DNA from: Longimicrobiales bacterium
GTDB lineage: Bacteria; Gemmatimonadota; Gemmatimonadetes; Longimicrobiales; Gaopeijiaceae
Reading direction: 5' to 3'
NCBI GenBank assembly: GCA_963664435.2
Contig: CAXXKM010000003.1
Location: forward strand, 1,568,001 to 1,632,000
Length of the DNA stretch: 64,000 nucleotides
Part shown: one piece after another, positions 29,934 through 39,317 of the stretch
Numbering within the stretch: the first letter of the stretch is position 1
Layout: each line of letters starts with the position of its first letter
Translations under genes and position numbers: made by a program
Notes under the pieces: model-generated
Database searches by the model: none
Told to the model about the DNA's origin: nothing
What the model saw: the letters and a program-made list of their open reading frames with translations, nothing else

Positions 29934-31259
29934 CTAGGGTGTGCATGTCCGATCAACCAAGTACCGGTGAATGTATGGGACTTCGTATTCGTCGAACGTA
30001 GTTCCCCAGACTTCGTTGCGGCTCACGAGGGCAACAGCGAGACGAGGATGCCAAGGTCTCAGGGAACTCCGACCGTGCCCAACCTCTATTATACCCTCTC
30101 GCGTTCCATCCGAGTCGTAGATCTCCCACAGGTCAACGCGGTCTTCACGCATCTCTCGAAGCAACCAGATCGTCCCGTCCGTTCCTGCCACTACCTGCCT
30201 GACCGGGGGATGGTATTCCGGAACCCAGAAAACTCTGCGAGCCGCGCGGCGCCTACGCTCAAGTGTTGACTCCGTTAGCTGAGGGCTTCGGGGCGAGGAT
30301 GCGTAGTCTCCGGCTCGCCACCCTGCATACTCGTCCGCCAAGCGGCGTTCCATCGCGGAGGTGACTTCGCGCGGTTCGTACTCTACGGACCGATTCAGGA
30401 GCGTGTCCCCATGGATCGAAATCGCCAGAAGGTCGAAGGTCGGTGGAGTTGCGTCTTCATGCACTTTCCCGATTTGTACGACTGCGGAGCCGTCCGGCTT
30501 GAGCGCCGTCAGGGGTTCCCTAAGTCCGATAACGGGCAGGTCCCGGAGCGGGTGTCGGCCAGGAAACAGCCGAGGGTCTCTCTCATTCTCTACGGCGTTG
30601 CCCGACCAACCCATGATGGCGATCGTGTCCAGGACTTCGCCGGATCGCGAGAGACGCCGCAGCGCAAGCCCGGGGTTGGCGCCTCGCGATGAGAAGACCC
30701 GTCCGTCGGTGATGCGACGCATACCAACGAGAGTACCGTCCGCGAGCATGCGGCCTGGGGCTAGGCGCGACCCTTCCTCGGGCACGCCCCTGGAGAACTG
30801 GATGACTTGCTCCGGCACTCGCTCGTTAGTGCGAAACAACTGGATCCGATTGAGGTCGGCTACCCAGAGTGTGTCTCCGATCCAGCCTACGCCTGTCACC
30901 GAAAGCTGGATATCACCCGGCCCGTTGCCCGCACGACCGATCCGACGAAGCACCTGACCATCAAGAGAGAAAACCGTAACCGCAGGCACCATTGCCTGAG
31001 CGACATAGAGCACGCTGTCGGGCCCGAGCGCAAGATCCAGGACGCTGGCAACGAGGTCCGTGCTTTCCACGGAGCCGATCCGCAGGACCTCATCTAGCCG
31101 CCATGGCGTCGGGCATGCGTCCTGTGAATGTATCGGCGGCGGGGCGCAAAGGAGCAAGACAAAGAGCAAGGTCAATAGACGCACGCCCGCCTTCGATCGC
31201 TCCTTCTCGAATTCAGCGTCCCAAAACCGGACAGAGAACTGGGGGCGTCTAGATAACAT
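29934..31259 (-). CDS. Secreted 6-bladed beta-propeller (NHL-like) protein
   Basis: Signal peptide; LRIGS, IGRAGNGPGDI, GDTLWVAD, DGTIW, end YEVPYIHRY; lower GC; start is ATG 31259 or a GTG near 31186. Confidence 0.75.
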   Translation of the reverse strand: MLSRRPQFSVRFWDAEFEKERSKAGVRLLTLLFVLLLCAPPPIHSQDACPTPWRLDEVLRIGSVESTDLVASVLDLALGPDSVLYVAQAMVPAVTVFSLDGQVLRRIGRAGNGPGDIQLSVTGVGWIGDTLWVADLNRIQLFRTNERVPEQVIQFSRGVPEEGSRLAPGRMLADGTLVGMRRITDGRVFSSRGANPGLALRRLSRSGEVLDTIAIMGWSGNAVENERDPRLFPGRHPLRDLPVIGLREPLTALKPDGSAVVQIGKVHEDATPPTFDLLAISIHGDTLLNRSVEYEPREVTSAMERRLADEYAGWRAGDYASSPRSPQLTESTLERRRRAARRVFWVPEYHPPVRQVVAGTDGTIWLLREMREDRVDLWEIYDSDGTREGIIEVGHGRSSLRPWHPRLAVALVSRNEVWGTTFDEYEVPYIHRYLVDRTCTP

Positions 31260-31311
31260 TTGAAGTGACCCCCAAAAGTTGGACACCTGACCTCTGGGTT
31301 GATTGTGCTGT

Positions 31312-32205
31312 TCAGCCCTCGCGGTAGAGTTCCTGAATGATAGCCAAGGGTGGCCGGTCTCCGAGAGAGGAGTGACGGCGCACCCGATTGTAATACCCAA
31401 TCCGATCACGGACGACTGTGTTGAGTTCCGTGAGTGATTCGGCGTCGAGGATCAGGGATCGGTTCTCGACTTTGAAGCGGCCGAAGAAGCTCTCCATCTC
31501 CGGGTTGTCTCCGGGCCCGCGAAGGGCGTAGGAGAGCCGCACACCCGCCGAGAGCAGCTGGCCGGTCCAGGCATAGCCGGTGAACACGGAATCCTGGTCC
31601 TGGTGGACGATCGTGCCCCCGGGCGGATCGCGGAAGCGGGTGACAGCCTTCTGTGCCGCACTCCACGCCGTGAGCGCCAGTTCGGAGTTCGCCCGTTTCC
31701 CGACCGCGAAGCCGGCAACGTACTTCGTCCTGTGATCGAGGAGCGGGATCAGCCATGCCTTCCGGGCCCCGCCAGCGAAGCGGAGTTCGGTGAAGTCGGT
31801 GTAGAAGACCTCGAGCGGTCCGATCTCCGCCTTCTTACGTCTTGCCACCAGGTTTGCACGCGGGCCCGCGGTGTCGATCGCCCGCCGGATCGCACTCGGT
31901 TTCGGCCGCAAGGTGCGCCGCAGCGGCAGATCCCACAGCCGGTGCAGCCGCTCCACCACCTTGCGGTTCACGCGCTGCCCGTACGTCTCCCTGAGCTCCG
32001 CGGTGGCCCGCCGGTACCCGTACTCCGGGTGCGCCTCGGCGATCGCCTTCAGCGGCGCCTCCAGGTGCGCGTACTTCTCGGCGTAGGTCACACGGGTCCG
32101 GGTGTGGTAGTACCATGTCGAGCGCGCCAGCCCGGCCGCCCGCAGTGCCGCCGTCAGGCCGTGTGTCCGTCTCGCTTCCGACACGAGCGCCACCCTCGCC
32201 TTCAC
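31312..32205 (-). CDS. IS3-family transposase OrfB (DDE)
   Basis: YGYRR, VNRKVVERL, TDFTE, HQDQDSVF, DNPEMESFF, YYNRVRRHSSLG. Confidence 0.93.
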   Translation of the reverse strand: MKARVALVSEARRTHGLTAALRAAGLARSTWYYHTRTRVTYAEKYAHLEAPLKAIAEAHPEYGYRRATAELRETYGQRVNRKVVERLHRLWDLPLRRTLRPKPSAIRRAIDTAGPRANLVARRKKAEIGPLEVFYTDFTELRFAGGARKAWLIPLLDHRTKYVAGFAVGKRANSELALTAWSAAQKAVTRFRDPPGGTIVHQDQDSVFTGYAWTGQLLSAGVRLSYALRGPGDNPEMESFFGRFKVENRSLILDAESLTELNTVVRDRIGYYNRVRRHSSLGDRPPLAIIQELYREG

Positions 32206-32207
32206 GC

Positions 32208-32486
32208 TCAGCCGCTCCCGCCCAAGAAATTTTTTAGAAGCGCGATCTCGACCTCCTTCCTGCCCAGCAGCTGTTCGAGATCCCGGATGCGACGCTCGTA
32301 CTCGTTGACCGTCGTCTCATCCGCGAAGATCTCCGGAGCCCGCTCGACGAAACGCCGCTTCCAGAGCCCGACCGAGTTCGGGTGCACCCCGTACGCCTTC
32401 GCCACCTGGCCGGGCGTCTTGTCCCCAGCCAGCACCTCCAGCACCACCTGCGCCTTCAGCTTCGGCGTGTACCTCCGTCTCGCCAT
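32208..32486 (-). CDS. IS3-family transposase OrfA (HTH)
   Basis: MARRRYTPKLKAQVVLE...VAKAYGVHPNSVGLWK; A AAA AAT slippery heptamer at 32229-32235 with the -1 frame open into orfB. Confidence 0.92.
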   Translation of the reverse strand: MARRRYTPKLKAQVVLEVLAGDKTPGQVAKAYGVHPNSVGLWKRRFVERAPEIFADETTVNEYERRIRDLEQLLGRKEVEIALLKNFLGGSG

Positions 32487-33074
32487 GACAACCTCCTTCC
32501 GGTCTGCCAGGTCTACCCTGCGCAGCACCCTTCCAGAGGTCAACTTCACAAACGTGGCATGTCCAGGATTCGGGGGTCATATCCATTCGCAACCTTCCGA
32601 ACCTTCCTCCTGTGGCTTATCACCGACCCCTCGTTTGTAGATCCGGTCGGATCTGCCAATTCCGTTTGCCGTCATCAGCTTACCCAAGTCGGGCGCGGGC
32701 GGACAAGTATCAAGAACGCGCACCTCAGCGCAAGTTCGCGCAGAATGAGTCCCCAAGGGCCTTAGCGAAGCGCTCGAGCAGTCGTTCGACACCGTTGGAC
32801 GCCAGAGAACCAAGCGTTTCGCCCGCGCAACGGTCGGATACGCGTCTCAGCGTACTCTCGTGTGTTCCGATGCTCCTCGCCACACACCGCCAGTTAAGAC
32901 CCGAGCGCTCGCCGCCACCGGGGCTGAGAGTCCCTGGGACCTGTCGTCGAAAACCTGCAAGCTCACGGGCACCGAGCGCTCGTTCCTGACTAACTCCCGG
33001 CCGAGCAGGCGTCCATGGCATCCCGGTCATCCTCCCGTCGCGTTTCCGTTCAAGGCACATTCCATCATCCACAA

Positions 33075-33102
33075 CAACGTTTGAGCACCTCGAATCCTGA
33101 CA
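33075..33102 (-). promoter_or_regulatory. Third copy of the putative ECF promoter
   Basis: TGTCAGGATTCGAGGTGCTCAAACGTTG pointing toward the IS and propeller gene. Confidence 0.6.
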
Positions 33103-33326
33103 GCAGCGGGGCCGCGAAGGATGTCGGGTGGCGAGTCCTTGGGGGTAGTGGACCTCGCGTCAATGACCGGGCGGGCGGTTGGGAGGGATCGATAGCGGGC
33201 CGCCACCCCGCCCACGTCTGGACAGCGCGGCGAAGGCGCCGCCATTATTCAGCCCCCGCGGTTCGACAGCCTAAACGTCAGCCCCGGCATCCCCTTATCG
33301 AGAACCGATTCCGAAGAGCCCAGCCG

Positions 33327-34535
33327 GTGCCGAGACTCACCACGGAGTTGCGCGCACTCCATGACATCATGCGCGTGCGCGGGCTCGACCAGCGACGCTT
33401 TGCGCCCGACGCCTACTGGACCATCCTCGACCCCATCCTGAACGGCAGCGCGGCGCTGGCGTGCGAGAGGGTGGGCGAGAGCGCCGAGGGTCGGCCCATC
33501 CGCATGGTGTCGTTCGGCGAGGGTGAAGCAGGGGTGCTGGCCTGGTCCCAGATGCACGGGGACGAGAGCACGGCGAGCATGGCGCTGGCGGACATCTTCT
33601 CGTTTCTGGCCCGGCACCCGGAACACGCTCTGGTTCGGGCGCTGTCCCGCCGCCTGAGCCTCCATTTCGTTCCCATGCTCAACCCGGACGGGGCGGTCCG
33701 CTTTCAGCGCCACAACGCGGCCGGGATCGACGTGAACCGGGATGCCCGACGCCTTGCCACCCCCGAAGGGCGCGCGCTCAAGTCGGTCCACGACCGGATA
33801 CGGCCCGCCTTCGGCTTCAACCTGCACGACCAGAGCCCGCGTTTTCGCGTCGGGGACTCCGACCGCATGGCGGCCATCGCGCTCCTGGCGCCGGCCCACA
33901 ACAACGAAGCCGAGGTCAGCGAGCGGCGGCGCGCGGCGATGCGCGTGTGCGGGGTGGTGCGCACGGCGGTCGAGCCGCTGGTGGGCGAGCACGTCACCCG
34001 CTACGACGACGCCTTCAACCGACGGGCCTTCGGCGACCTTATGGGAGCCTGGGGCGCGAGCACGATTCTGATCGAGTCCGGAGGATGGCCGGACGATCCG
34101 CAGAAGCAGCATCTGCGCATGGTGAATTTCGTCGGCATCCTGTCCGCGCTCGGGTCGATCGCCGACGGCAGCTTCGCGGAGGTCGACCTCGCCCTTTACG
34201 ACGAGCTGCCTCCGAACGGGCGCATGGTGAGCGACCTCCTGCTGGCCGGGGGTACGCTGATCGCGCCGGGTCTTCCGCCGATGGTGGCCGACGTGCTCAT
34301 CGAGTACGACGACCCCCTTACGCGGTCGGGTCCGACCATCGTGGAGGTCGGCGACCTGGCGGACCGGGAGGCCCATGAAACGGTCGCGGCCGGCGGATTC
34401 TTCGTGGTCGCCGGCGAGGAGCATCGCGCCGCGGACGGGAGCGCGCGGATCGGGCCGGGCGTACCCGCGGACCTGGTCGTGGCGCGGGACCCGACCGGCG
34501 AGGTGGTGGTGAGGAGGATCGGCCGGGACCGTTAG
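33327..34535 (+). CDS. M14-family zinc carboxypeptidase
   Basis: WSQMHGDE (HxxE), PMLNPDG, DVNRD, FNLHDQ, ILIESG; start placed at GTG 33327. Confidence 0.88.
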   Translation: MPRLTTELRALHDIMRVRGLDQRRFAPDAYWTILDPILNGSAALACERVGESAEGRPIRMVSFGEGEAGVLAWSQMHGDESTASMALADIFSFLARHPEHALVRALSRRLSLHFVPMLNPDGAVRFQRHNAAGIDVNRDARRLATPEGRALKSVHDRIRPAFGFNLHDQSPRFRVGDSDRMAAIALLAPAHNNEAEVSERRRAAMRVCGVVRTAVEPLVGEHVTRYDDAFNRRAFGDLMGAWGASTILIESGGWPDDPQKQHLRMVNFVGILSALGSIADGSFAEVDLALYDELPPNGRMVSDLLLAGGTLIAPGLPPMVADVLIEYDDPLTRSGPTIVEVGDLADREAHETVAAGGFFVVAGEEHRAADGSARIGPGVPADLVVARDPTGEVVVRRIGRDR

Positions 34536-34550
34536 CGTTCAACATTCACG
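34142..34550 (+). repeat. 409-bp direct repeat, copy 1 (3' end of the M14 gene)
   Basis: Aligns ungapped to 36910-37318 with 9 substitutions counted by eye. Confidence 0.95.
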
Positions 34551-34839
34551 GGGTACGCTGCAGGGTGTTGCATACTTGCAGATGCAACATGGCACGCCTG
34601 CGATAATACAACACTGCGCAGTCGGGTCGGAGCCGCGATGACCAGAGCCTACGCGCTTCCGTTCCTCAGACAGGGTCCATAATGGAGTGGATTACAGTAG
34701 AGTCAGGGGCTGGCTGGTCCGGCCCCCTCCTGGACTCTTTGGCCTTGCGGGCTGACCCGCAGCGAATGACGACAACGGTTCAAGCCCAAGCCGTCTGTCT
34801 AGAGGGCGCTCGTCCCGTTCACAAGCTTCCAACGTCACA

Positions 34840-36120
34840 CTAGCCGGGCGAAGGCCATTCAACTTCGAACCTTACTATGTAGCGGACATCCAGCTCTTCC
34901 TTAACCACTGCCCAGAGCGTGTCGCCTTTGAAGTACGGATCGATGATTCCGGGGTAGGGGTCTGCGTCCCAGGTCTCCGGTGTGTTCACGTGACCAAGCC
35001 ACCGACCGTTCGCATCGAAGACATCGAAGCCATCCGTTGCATGCCAGTACTCCCAGATCACGCGTGGTAGTGACGGCGATTGCTGCCGTTCCTCCTCGGT
35101 AGTAGCGCGGCTCCAGCCTACGGCTCCTCGCCACACCCACATGCGACCTTCTTCCGAAAACCAGAGTCGAAGGAAAGCCGGACGCTCCCGCGGAAAGTTC
35201 GGAATCGGTGGCGGCCTGGCGAGCTCGGTTCCGGGTGGGCGTGGGATCGGACGACGGAACACCTCGGAGTAGTACTCGGTCTCCTCGCTTGTCCTCATCG
35301 GTGGATCCCATGCCCTCGACACCCGCGTCACCCCCTCCTCCGGCTCTGCGATGTCTATCACATAGCTGGCCGAGCACCCGAAGGCTAGTGTACCTGTTCG
35401 GCTCCGCGTCCAATGCGCGAAGGGCATGTGGGGGATGCGCGTGTCCTCGAAGAACCCTCCAGCGTAAACCGGGAGTCGCCGCTCACAGCCCTCCCAGGCG
35501 CGAGTGGGCAGGAAAACGGTATCCCCTACTTCTTCGTGGTCGATCAGTCGGCCGAACAACGGTCTTTGCCGCACCTCTAACGTGTCCGGACCGGTTCGAG
35601 GTGGGTTGAGTGCAATCCAGAGTTGACCTTGGGCGTCCCATCGGATGACATCCCGTCCGTATCCGGGTCTTCCGAGCGACGGATACCTGATCTCCCGGAC
35701 GAGATTGCCATCGTAGGAAAAGACACTGACCCGGCGATTGCCGAAGTCTAGCACGGCCAGCAGTCCGTCAGCGGAGATGTCCATGCCGGCCACCGCCCTA
35801 ACCTCCCCGGGCCCTGCGCCGCGGCGTGCGATCGTCCTGACATATCTACCGTCGGTATCATACTGTCGTAGCTCACCATCAGCTACGAAGAGATCACCGC
35901 CTGGGCCGACCGTGAACATCGGGAACATGCCAAGCAAATACTCTGGTGGACCGTCCATCATGCCCAATCGCGAAATCTCCCGAAGAGACGCCGCACCTCG
36001 CCGGGGTGACGACGAGAAAACGAACGTCGTGTCACCCAGCCGCCGCGATGAGTCCAGAGTCTCCTCATCGCACCCGCCGAGCACAAGTGTCGATAGAGCC
36101 ACCACCAACGCGCTACGCAT
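34840..36120 (-). CDS. 6-bladed beta-propeller lipoprotein
   Basis: Lipobox LGGC; IARRGAGPGEV, LAVLDFGNRRVSVF, EGRMWV, end ELDVRYIVRF; lower GC. Confidence 0.8.
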   Translation of the reverse strand: MRSALVVALSTLVLGGCDEETLDSSRRLGDTTFVFSSSPRRGAASLREISRLGMMDGPPEYLLGMFPMFTVGPGGDLFVADGELRQYDTDGRYVRTIARRGAGPGEVRAVAGMDISADGLLAVLDFGNRRVSVFSYDGNLVREIRYPSLGRPGYGRDVIRWDAQGQLWIALNPPRTGPDTLEVRQRPLFGRLIDHEEVGDTVFLPTRAWEGCERRLPVYAGGFFEDTRIPHMPFAHWTRSRTGTLAFGCSASYVIDIAEPEEGVTRVSRAWDPPMRTSEETEYYSEVFRRPIPRPPGTELARPPPIPNFPRERPAFLRLWFSEEGRMWVWRGAVGWSRATTEEERQQSPSLPRVIWEYWHATDGFDVFDANGRWLGHVNTPETWDADPYPGIIDPYFKGDTLWAVVKEELDVRYIVRFEVEWPSPG

Positions 36121-36147
36121 GAGTCCTATTCCTTTTCTCGGGTTAGG

Positions 36148-36834
36148 TTAGGCCATCTCGCTGTTGAAAGTATGACGTGTCTCCCCAGTAAGAGGCAACT
36201 CCAATTGCACCGTCACGAACTGTTCGTCGTTCACTTCGTATGTCACTGGAATTGCGGGCCCAGGGCCAACGTCATAGCTCCACATGCTTTCACCGTTGGT
36301 TGCATGAAACGCCGTAAAACGCGCCAGTGTAGTCGGCAGCGGGGACAAGACCTCCCCCAGTCGACAACCTGCCTCCATTGTGCGTGGTCTCGAAACCCGT
36401 GGCTGATAAGAATCCGAGGTGATGGAGCGAACAAGACTGTCGTCCGCCGTCAAGTACGATAGTCGGCTATCGTTGTTCAGATCGGAAACGAGCAGGGTAT
36501 CGTTCGGCAGGAGCTGAAGCCGATGGATCGACCTGAACTCGCCGATGCCGCTACCTCTCCTACCAAACGTCTGCAAATGGCTCCCCTGCTCGTCAGAAAC
36601 GAGGAGGCAACGCTCGAAGCTCAAAGGCCCTTCCGGCAGATCTTTCCAGTAAGGCCGGGAGACGCGCGGCGATCTGTTGTTGCAAGATGACAGCCTCGAC
36701 GGAAACGGATGCGAGCGCTTGAAGGTCGTTGAGCCTTGCTCGACGATAAGGATGAGAGCGAGGCACGGATGCTGCCGCGTGATGTCTCCTATGACGGCGA
36801 GAACGGACGAGAGATCGGGAGCTTCGAGTACCAC
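36148..36834 (-). pseudogene. Mosaic of gene remnants (beta-propeller blade plus PQQ-dehydrogenase-like C-terminus)
   Basis: QTFGRRGSGIGEFRSIHRLQLLPNDTLLVSD, and FTAFHATNGESMWSY...PVTYEVNDEQFVTV; no signal peptide, incomplete domains. Confidence 0.55.
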
Positions 36835-36909
36835 GGTGTCCGCGACACCAGAAAACCCGCGATCATCAGGGGCTGAAAGGCTGCGAGTCCTTACTGCCTG
36901 TTGCTAGCG

Positions 36910-37318
36910 GTCCGCGCTCGGGTCGTTCGCCGACGGCAGCTTCGCGGAGGTCGACCTCGCCCTTTACGACGAGCTGCCTCCGAACGGGCGCATGGTGAGC
37001 GACCTCCTGCTGGCCGGGGGCACGCTGATCGCGCCGGGTCTTCCGCCGATGGTGGCCGACGTGCTCATCGAGTACGACGACCCCCTTACGCGGTCGGGTC
37101 CGACCATCGTGGAGGTGGGCGACCTGGCGGACGGGGAGGCCCATGAAACGGTCGCGGCCGACGGACTCTTCGTGATCGCCGGCGAGGAGCATCGCGCCGC
37201 GGACGGGAGCGCGCGGATCGGGCCGGGCGTACCCGCGGACCTGGTCGTGGCGCGGGACCCGACCGGGGAGGTGGTGGTGAGGAGGATCGGCCGGGACCGT
37301 TAGCGTTCAACGTTCACG
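36910..37318 (+). pseudogene. 409-bp direct repeat, copy 2: 5'-truncated M14 peptidase fragment
   Basis: ~98% identical to 34142-34550; lacks the catalytic domain. Confidence 0.92.
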
Positions 37319-37335
37319 AGTCCGTTGCCCGGGGA

Positions 37336-38352
37336 CTAGGAACCTTCGTTCGCCCCCGTCGCCTCAACCAGCGAGTGGTCCGACACGTTGACCCTTCCCT
37401 CCACACCCCGCACCACCGCTCCCGCGCCGACCAGCGACCCGTCCAGGCGCGCTCCCTCCACGCGCGCTCCCGCGCCCACGATGGTGTTTGCCAGCCGGCT
37501 GCCGACCACTCGCGCGCCCCGCTCGAGCGCGACGTTGGGACCGATGACGCTCCCCTCGCCAACCACATCCTCCTCCACCAGCACCGGCCCGGCGAGCGAG
37601 CAGTCTCTCAACCGGGCGCTGGGCGAGACCGCCGCGCCCCCGGTCTCCAGCAGATGGCGGTTGGTGCCGAGCAACCCCTCGGGACTGCCGCAGTCGTGCC
37701 AGGAGTCCACCGGCGCCGTGCGGATGCGCGCGCCGCGGTCCACCATGTACTGGAAGGCGTCCGTCAGGTAGTACTCCCCCGATGAGCTCTTCGGCGAAGC
37801 CAGCACGTGATCTATGCCCTCGAAGAGCAGGGCGGAATCGCGGATGTGGTAGAGGCCGATGTTGGCGAGGCGGGAGACGGGTTGCTCCGGTTTCTCGACG
37901 ATCCGCGTCATGGCGCCGTCCCGGTCGGTTACGACGACGCCGTACTTCCAGTAGTCCTCGACCTCCTTCGTCCAGATGACCGCGCTCCACTCCGGCGAGA
38001 GCGTTCGCGCCGGCGACAGGTCGGCTTCGAACAGGGTATCGGCGAACAGGATCAGCAACTCGTCAGCCGCGAACGGCTGCGCCAGCTTGACCGCGCCCGC
38101 GGTCCCGTCCTGCACGGCCTGGACGACGTAGTGGACGGGCAGGTCCGGATACGCCTCCTCCATGTACCGGCGGATGACTTCGTCGAGATGGCCGACGATG
38201 AACACCATCTCCGTGACCCCGAAGCGCAAAAGGCCATCAAGCAGATGGGCGAGAACCGGTCTCCCGGCCACGCGCACCAGCGCCTTGGGCAGGTGATGGG
38301 TGTGGGGCCGCAGCCTCGTTCCCTTGCCCGCAAGCGGGATGACGGCTTTCAT
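37336..38352 (-). CDS. Sugar-phosphate nucleotidyltransferase with C-terminal hexapeptide-like repeats
   Basis: MKAVIPLAGKGTRLRPHT...PKAL, IVEKP, GEYYLTDA, WHDCG. Confidence 0.9.
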   Translation of the reverse strand: MKAVIPLAGKGTRLRPHTHHLPKALVRVAGRPVLAHLLDGLLRFGVTEMVFIVGHLDEVIRRYMEEAYPDLPVHYVVQAVQDGTAGAVKLAQPFAADELLILFADTLFEADLSPARTLSPEWSAVIWTKEVEDYWKYGVVVTDRDGAMTRIVEKPEQPVSRLANIGLYHIRDSALLFEGIDHVLASPKSSSGEYYLTDAFQYMVDRGARIRTAPVDSWHDCGSPEGLLGTNRHLLETGGAAVSPSARLRDCSLAGPVLVEEDVVGEGSVIGPNVALERGARVVGSRLANTIVGAGARVEGARLDGSLVGAGAVVRGVEGRVNVSDHSLVEATGANEGS

Positions 38353-38438
38353 GCAGTAATCCGGTGAGAAATCTGCCGCATTCCGTGGAACCGGCCGGTG
38401 GAATGGAATTCGTACGCGCGCCAACGTAAGATTATGCG

Positions 38439-39302
38439 TTGCGAGTTGCCTCTGTTTCGCGAACGGGGCCTCCCAGGAGGGAAAGGCTGAGCCAGGAACT
38501 CTCTTTTGCCGGTCGTCTGAAGCGCGCGCTTGTGGCGGCTTCCGCCCGCACATCGGCCGACGCCGCCGATCGGCGTCTCGTGGGCCGCACCTATGCCATC
38601 CCCTTCGCTCACGTCTGGGATGCCGCCCTCGACCTCGTTCGAGGTGAGCTGCCGCGCTGGCATGCCCGCTGGTGGGACGAGGAGGAAGGCGTGATCCAGG
38701 CCCTTACGCGGGGGCACCTTTCCCGCCGCGCGAGCGACGTGGTGATCCGCATCGGACTCGATGAGCTGGCGCAGACGCGGGTGGATCTCCGTTCGACTTC
38801 GCGCTCCAGGCAGCTGGGGGACTTCGGCAGCAACACGCGGCTCATCGGCGCGTTCATCGCCGCGTTGGACCGGAAACTCACCAGGCCCCGGACGCCCTCG
38901 GCTCCGGTCCGCGAAGAATCTCTCCCCGAGGAGGCCGGCGGGGACCCCGAGCCCCCGGCGGATTACTCCGCGCCGGTGGAAGTCGGTGGATCCGCCGTTG
39001 AAAGCGATCGCGATCGGACCGGGTTCGGCCGACGGAGTTCCCACGCGCCAGGGCGAAACGCCGGCCGGCGAGGACTCCGTTCTCGACGCGCTCATGCGCG
39101 GCGGGGAGGCCGCGGTTCGAGCCGGCGTCCCGGCTACCGCCGAAAGGGCCGCTCGGACGCCGAGGCGCCCGCCGCCGAAGGCACCGCGCCCGATGCCGGA
39201 CCGCCCGCCGCCGAAGGGAGCCGGGCATCCGGCCGCCACGGCAGCGGACGGGGATCCCGTTCACGGGGTCGACGCGGCGGAAGACGGGGAGAGCGGCGCT
39301 AG
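38439..39302 (+). CDS. DUF1499-like protein with Arg/Gly-rich C-terminal tail
   Basis: DVVIRI...TRVDLRSTSR..GDFGSNTRLI; start uncertain. Confidence 0.6.
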   Translation: MRVASVSRTGPPRRERLSQELSFAGRLKRALVAASARTSADAADRRLVGRTYAIPFAHVWDAALDLVRGELPRWHARWWDEEEGVIQALTRGHLSRRASDVVIRIGLDELAQTRVDLRSTSRSRQLGDFGSNTRLIGAFIAALDRKLTRPRTPSAPVREESLPEEAGGDPEPPADYSAPVEVGGSAVESDRDRTGFGRRSSHAPGRNAGRRGLRSRRAHARRGGRGSSRRPGYRRKGRSDAEAPAAEGTAPDAGPPAAEGSRASGRHGSGRGSRSRGRRGGRRGERR

Positions 39303-39317
39303 CCCGTCCCCCCGGCA

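Larger units (their letters stand above)
31261..32584 (-). mobile_element. IS3-family insertion sequence (IS150-like), 1324 bp
   Basis: Terminal IRs TGAAGTGACCCCCAAAAGTTGGACA / GGATATGACCCCCGAATCCTGGACA; flanking ATT duplication at 31258-60 and 32585-87; orfA and orfB. Confidence 0.92.

Noticed and set aside
34590..34604. sigma54 promoter TGGCACG
   Set aside because: No GC at the -12 position (GG-N10-AT).
36830..36892. Possible fourth ECF promoter; shared GCGAGTCCTT with 33131
   Set aside because: Motif spacing not met and only a 10-bp match; too weak without an alignment test.
34142..37318. Diversity-generating retroelement TR/VR pair
   Set aside because: The 9 differences are not adenine-specific and no reverse transcriptase is present.
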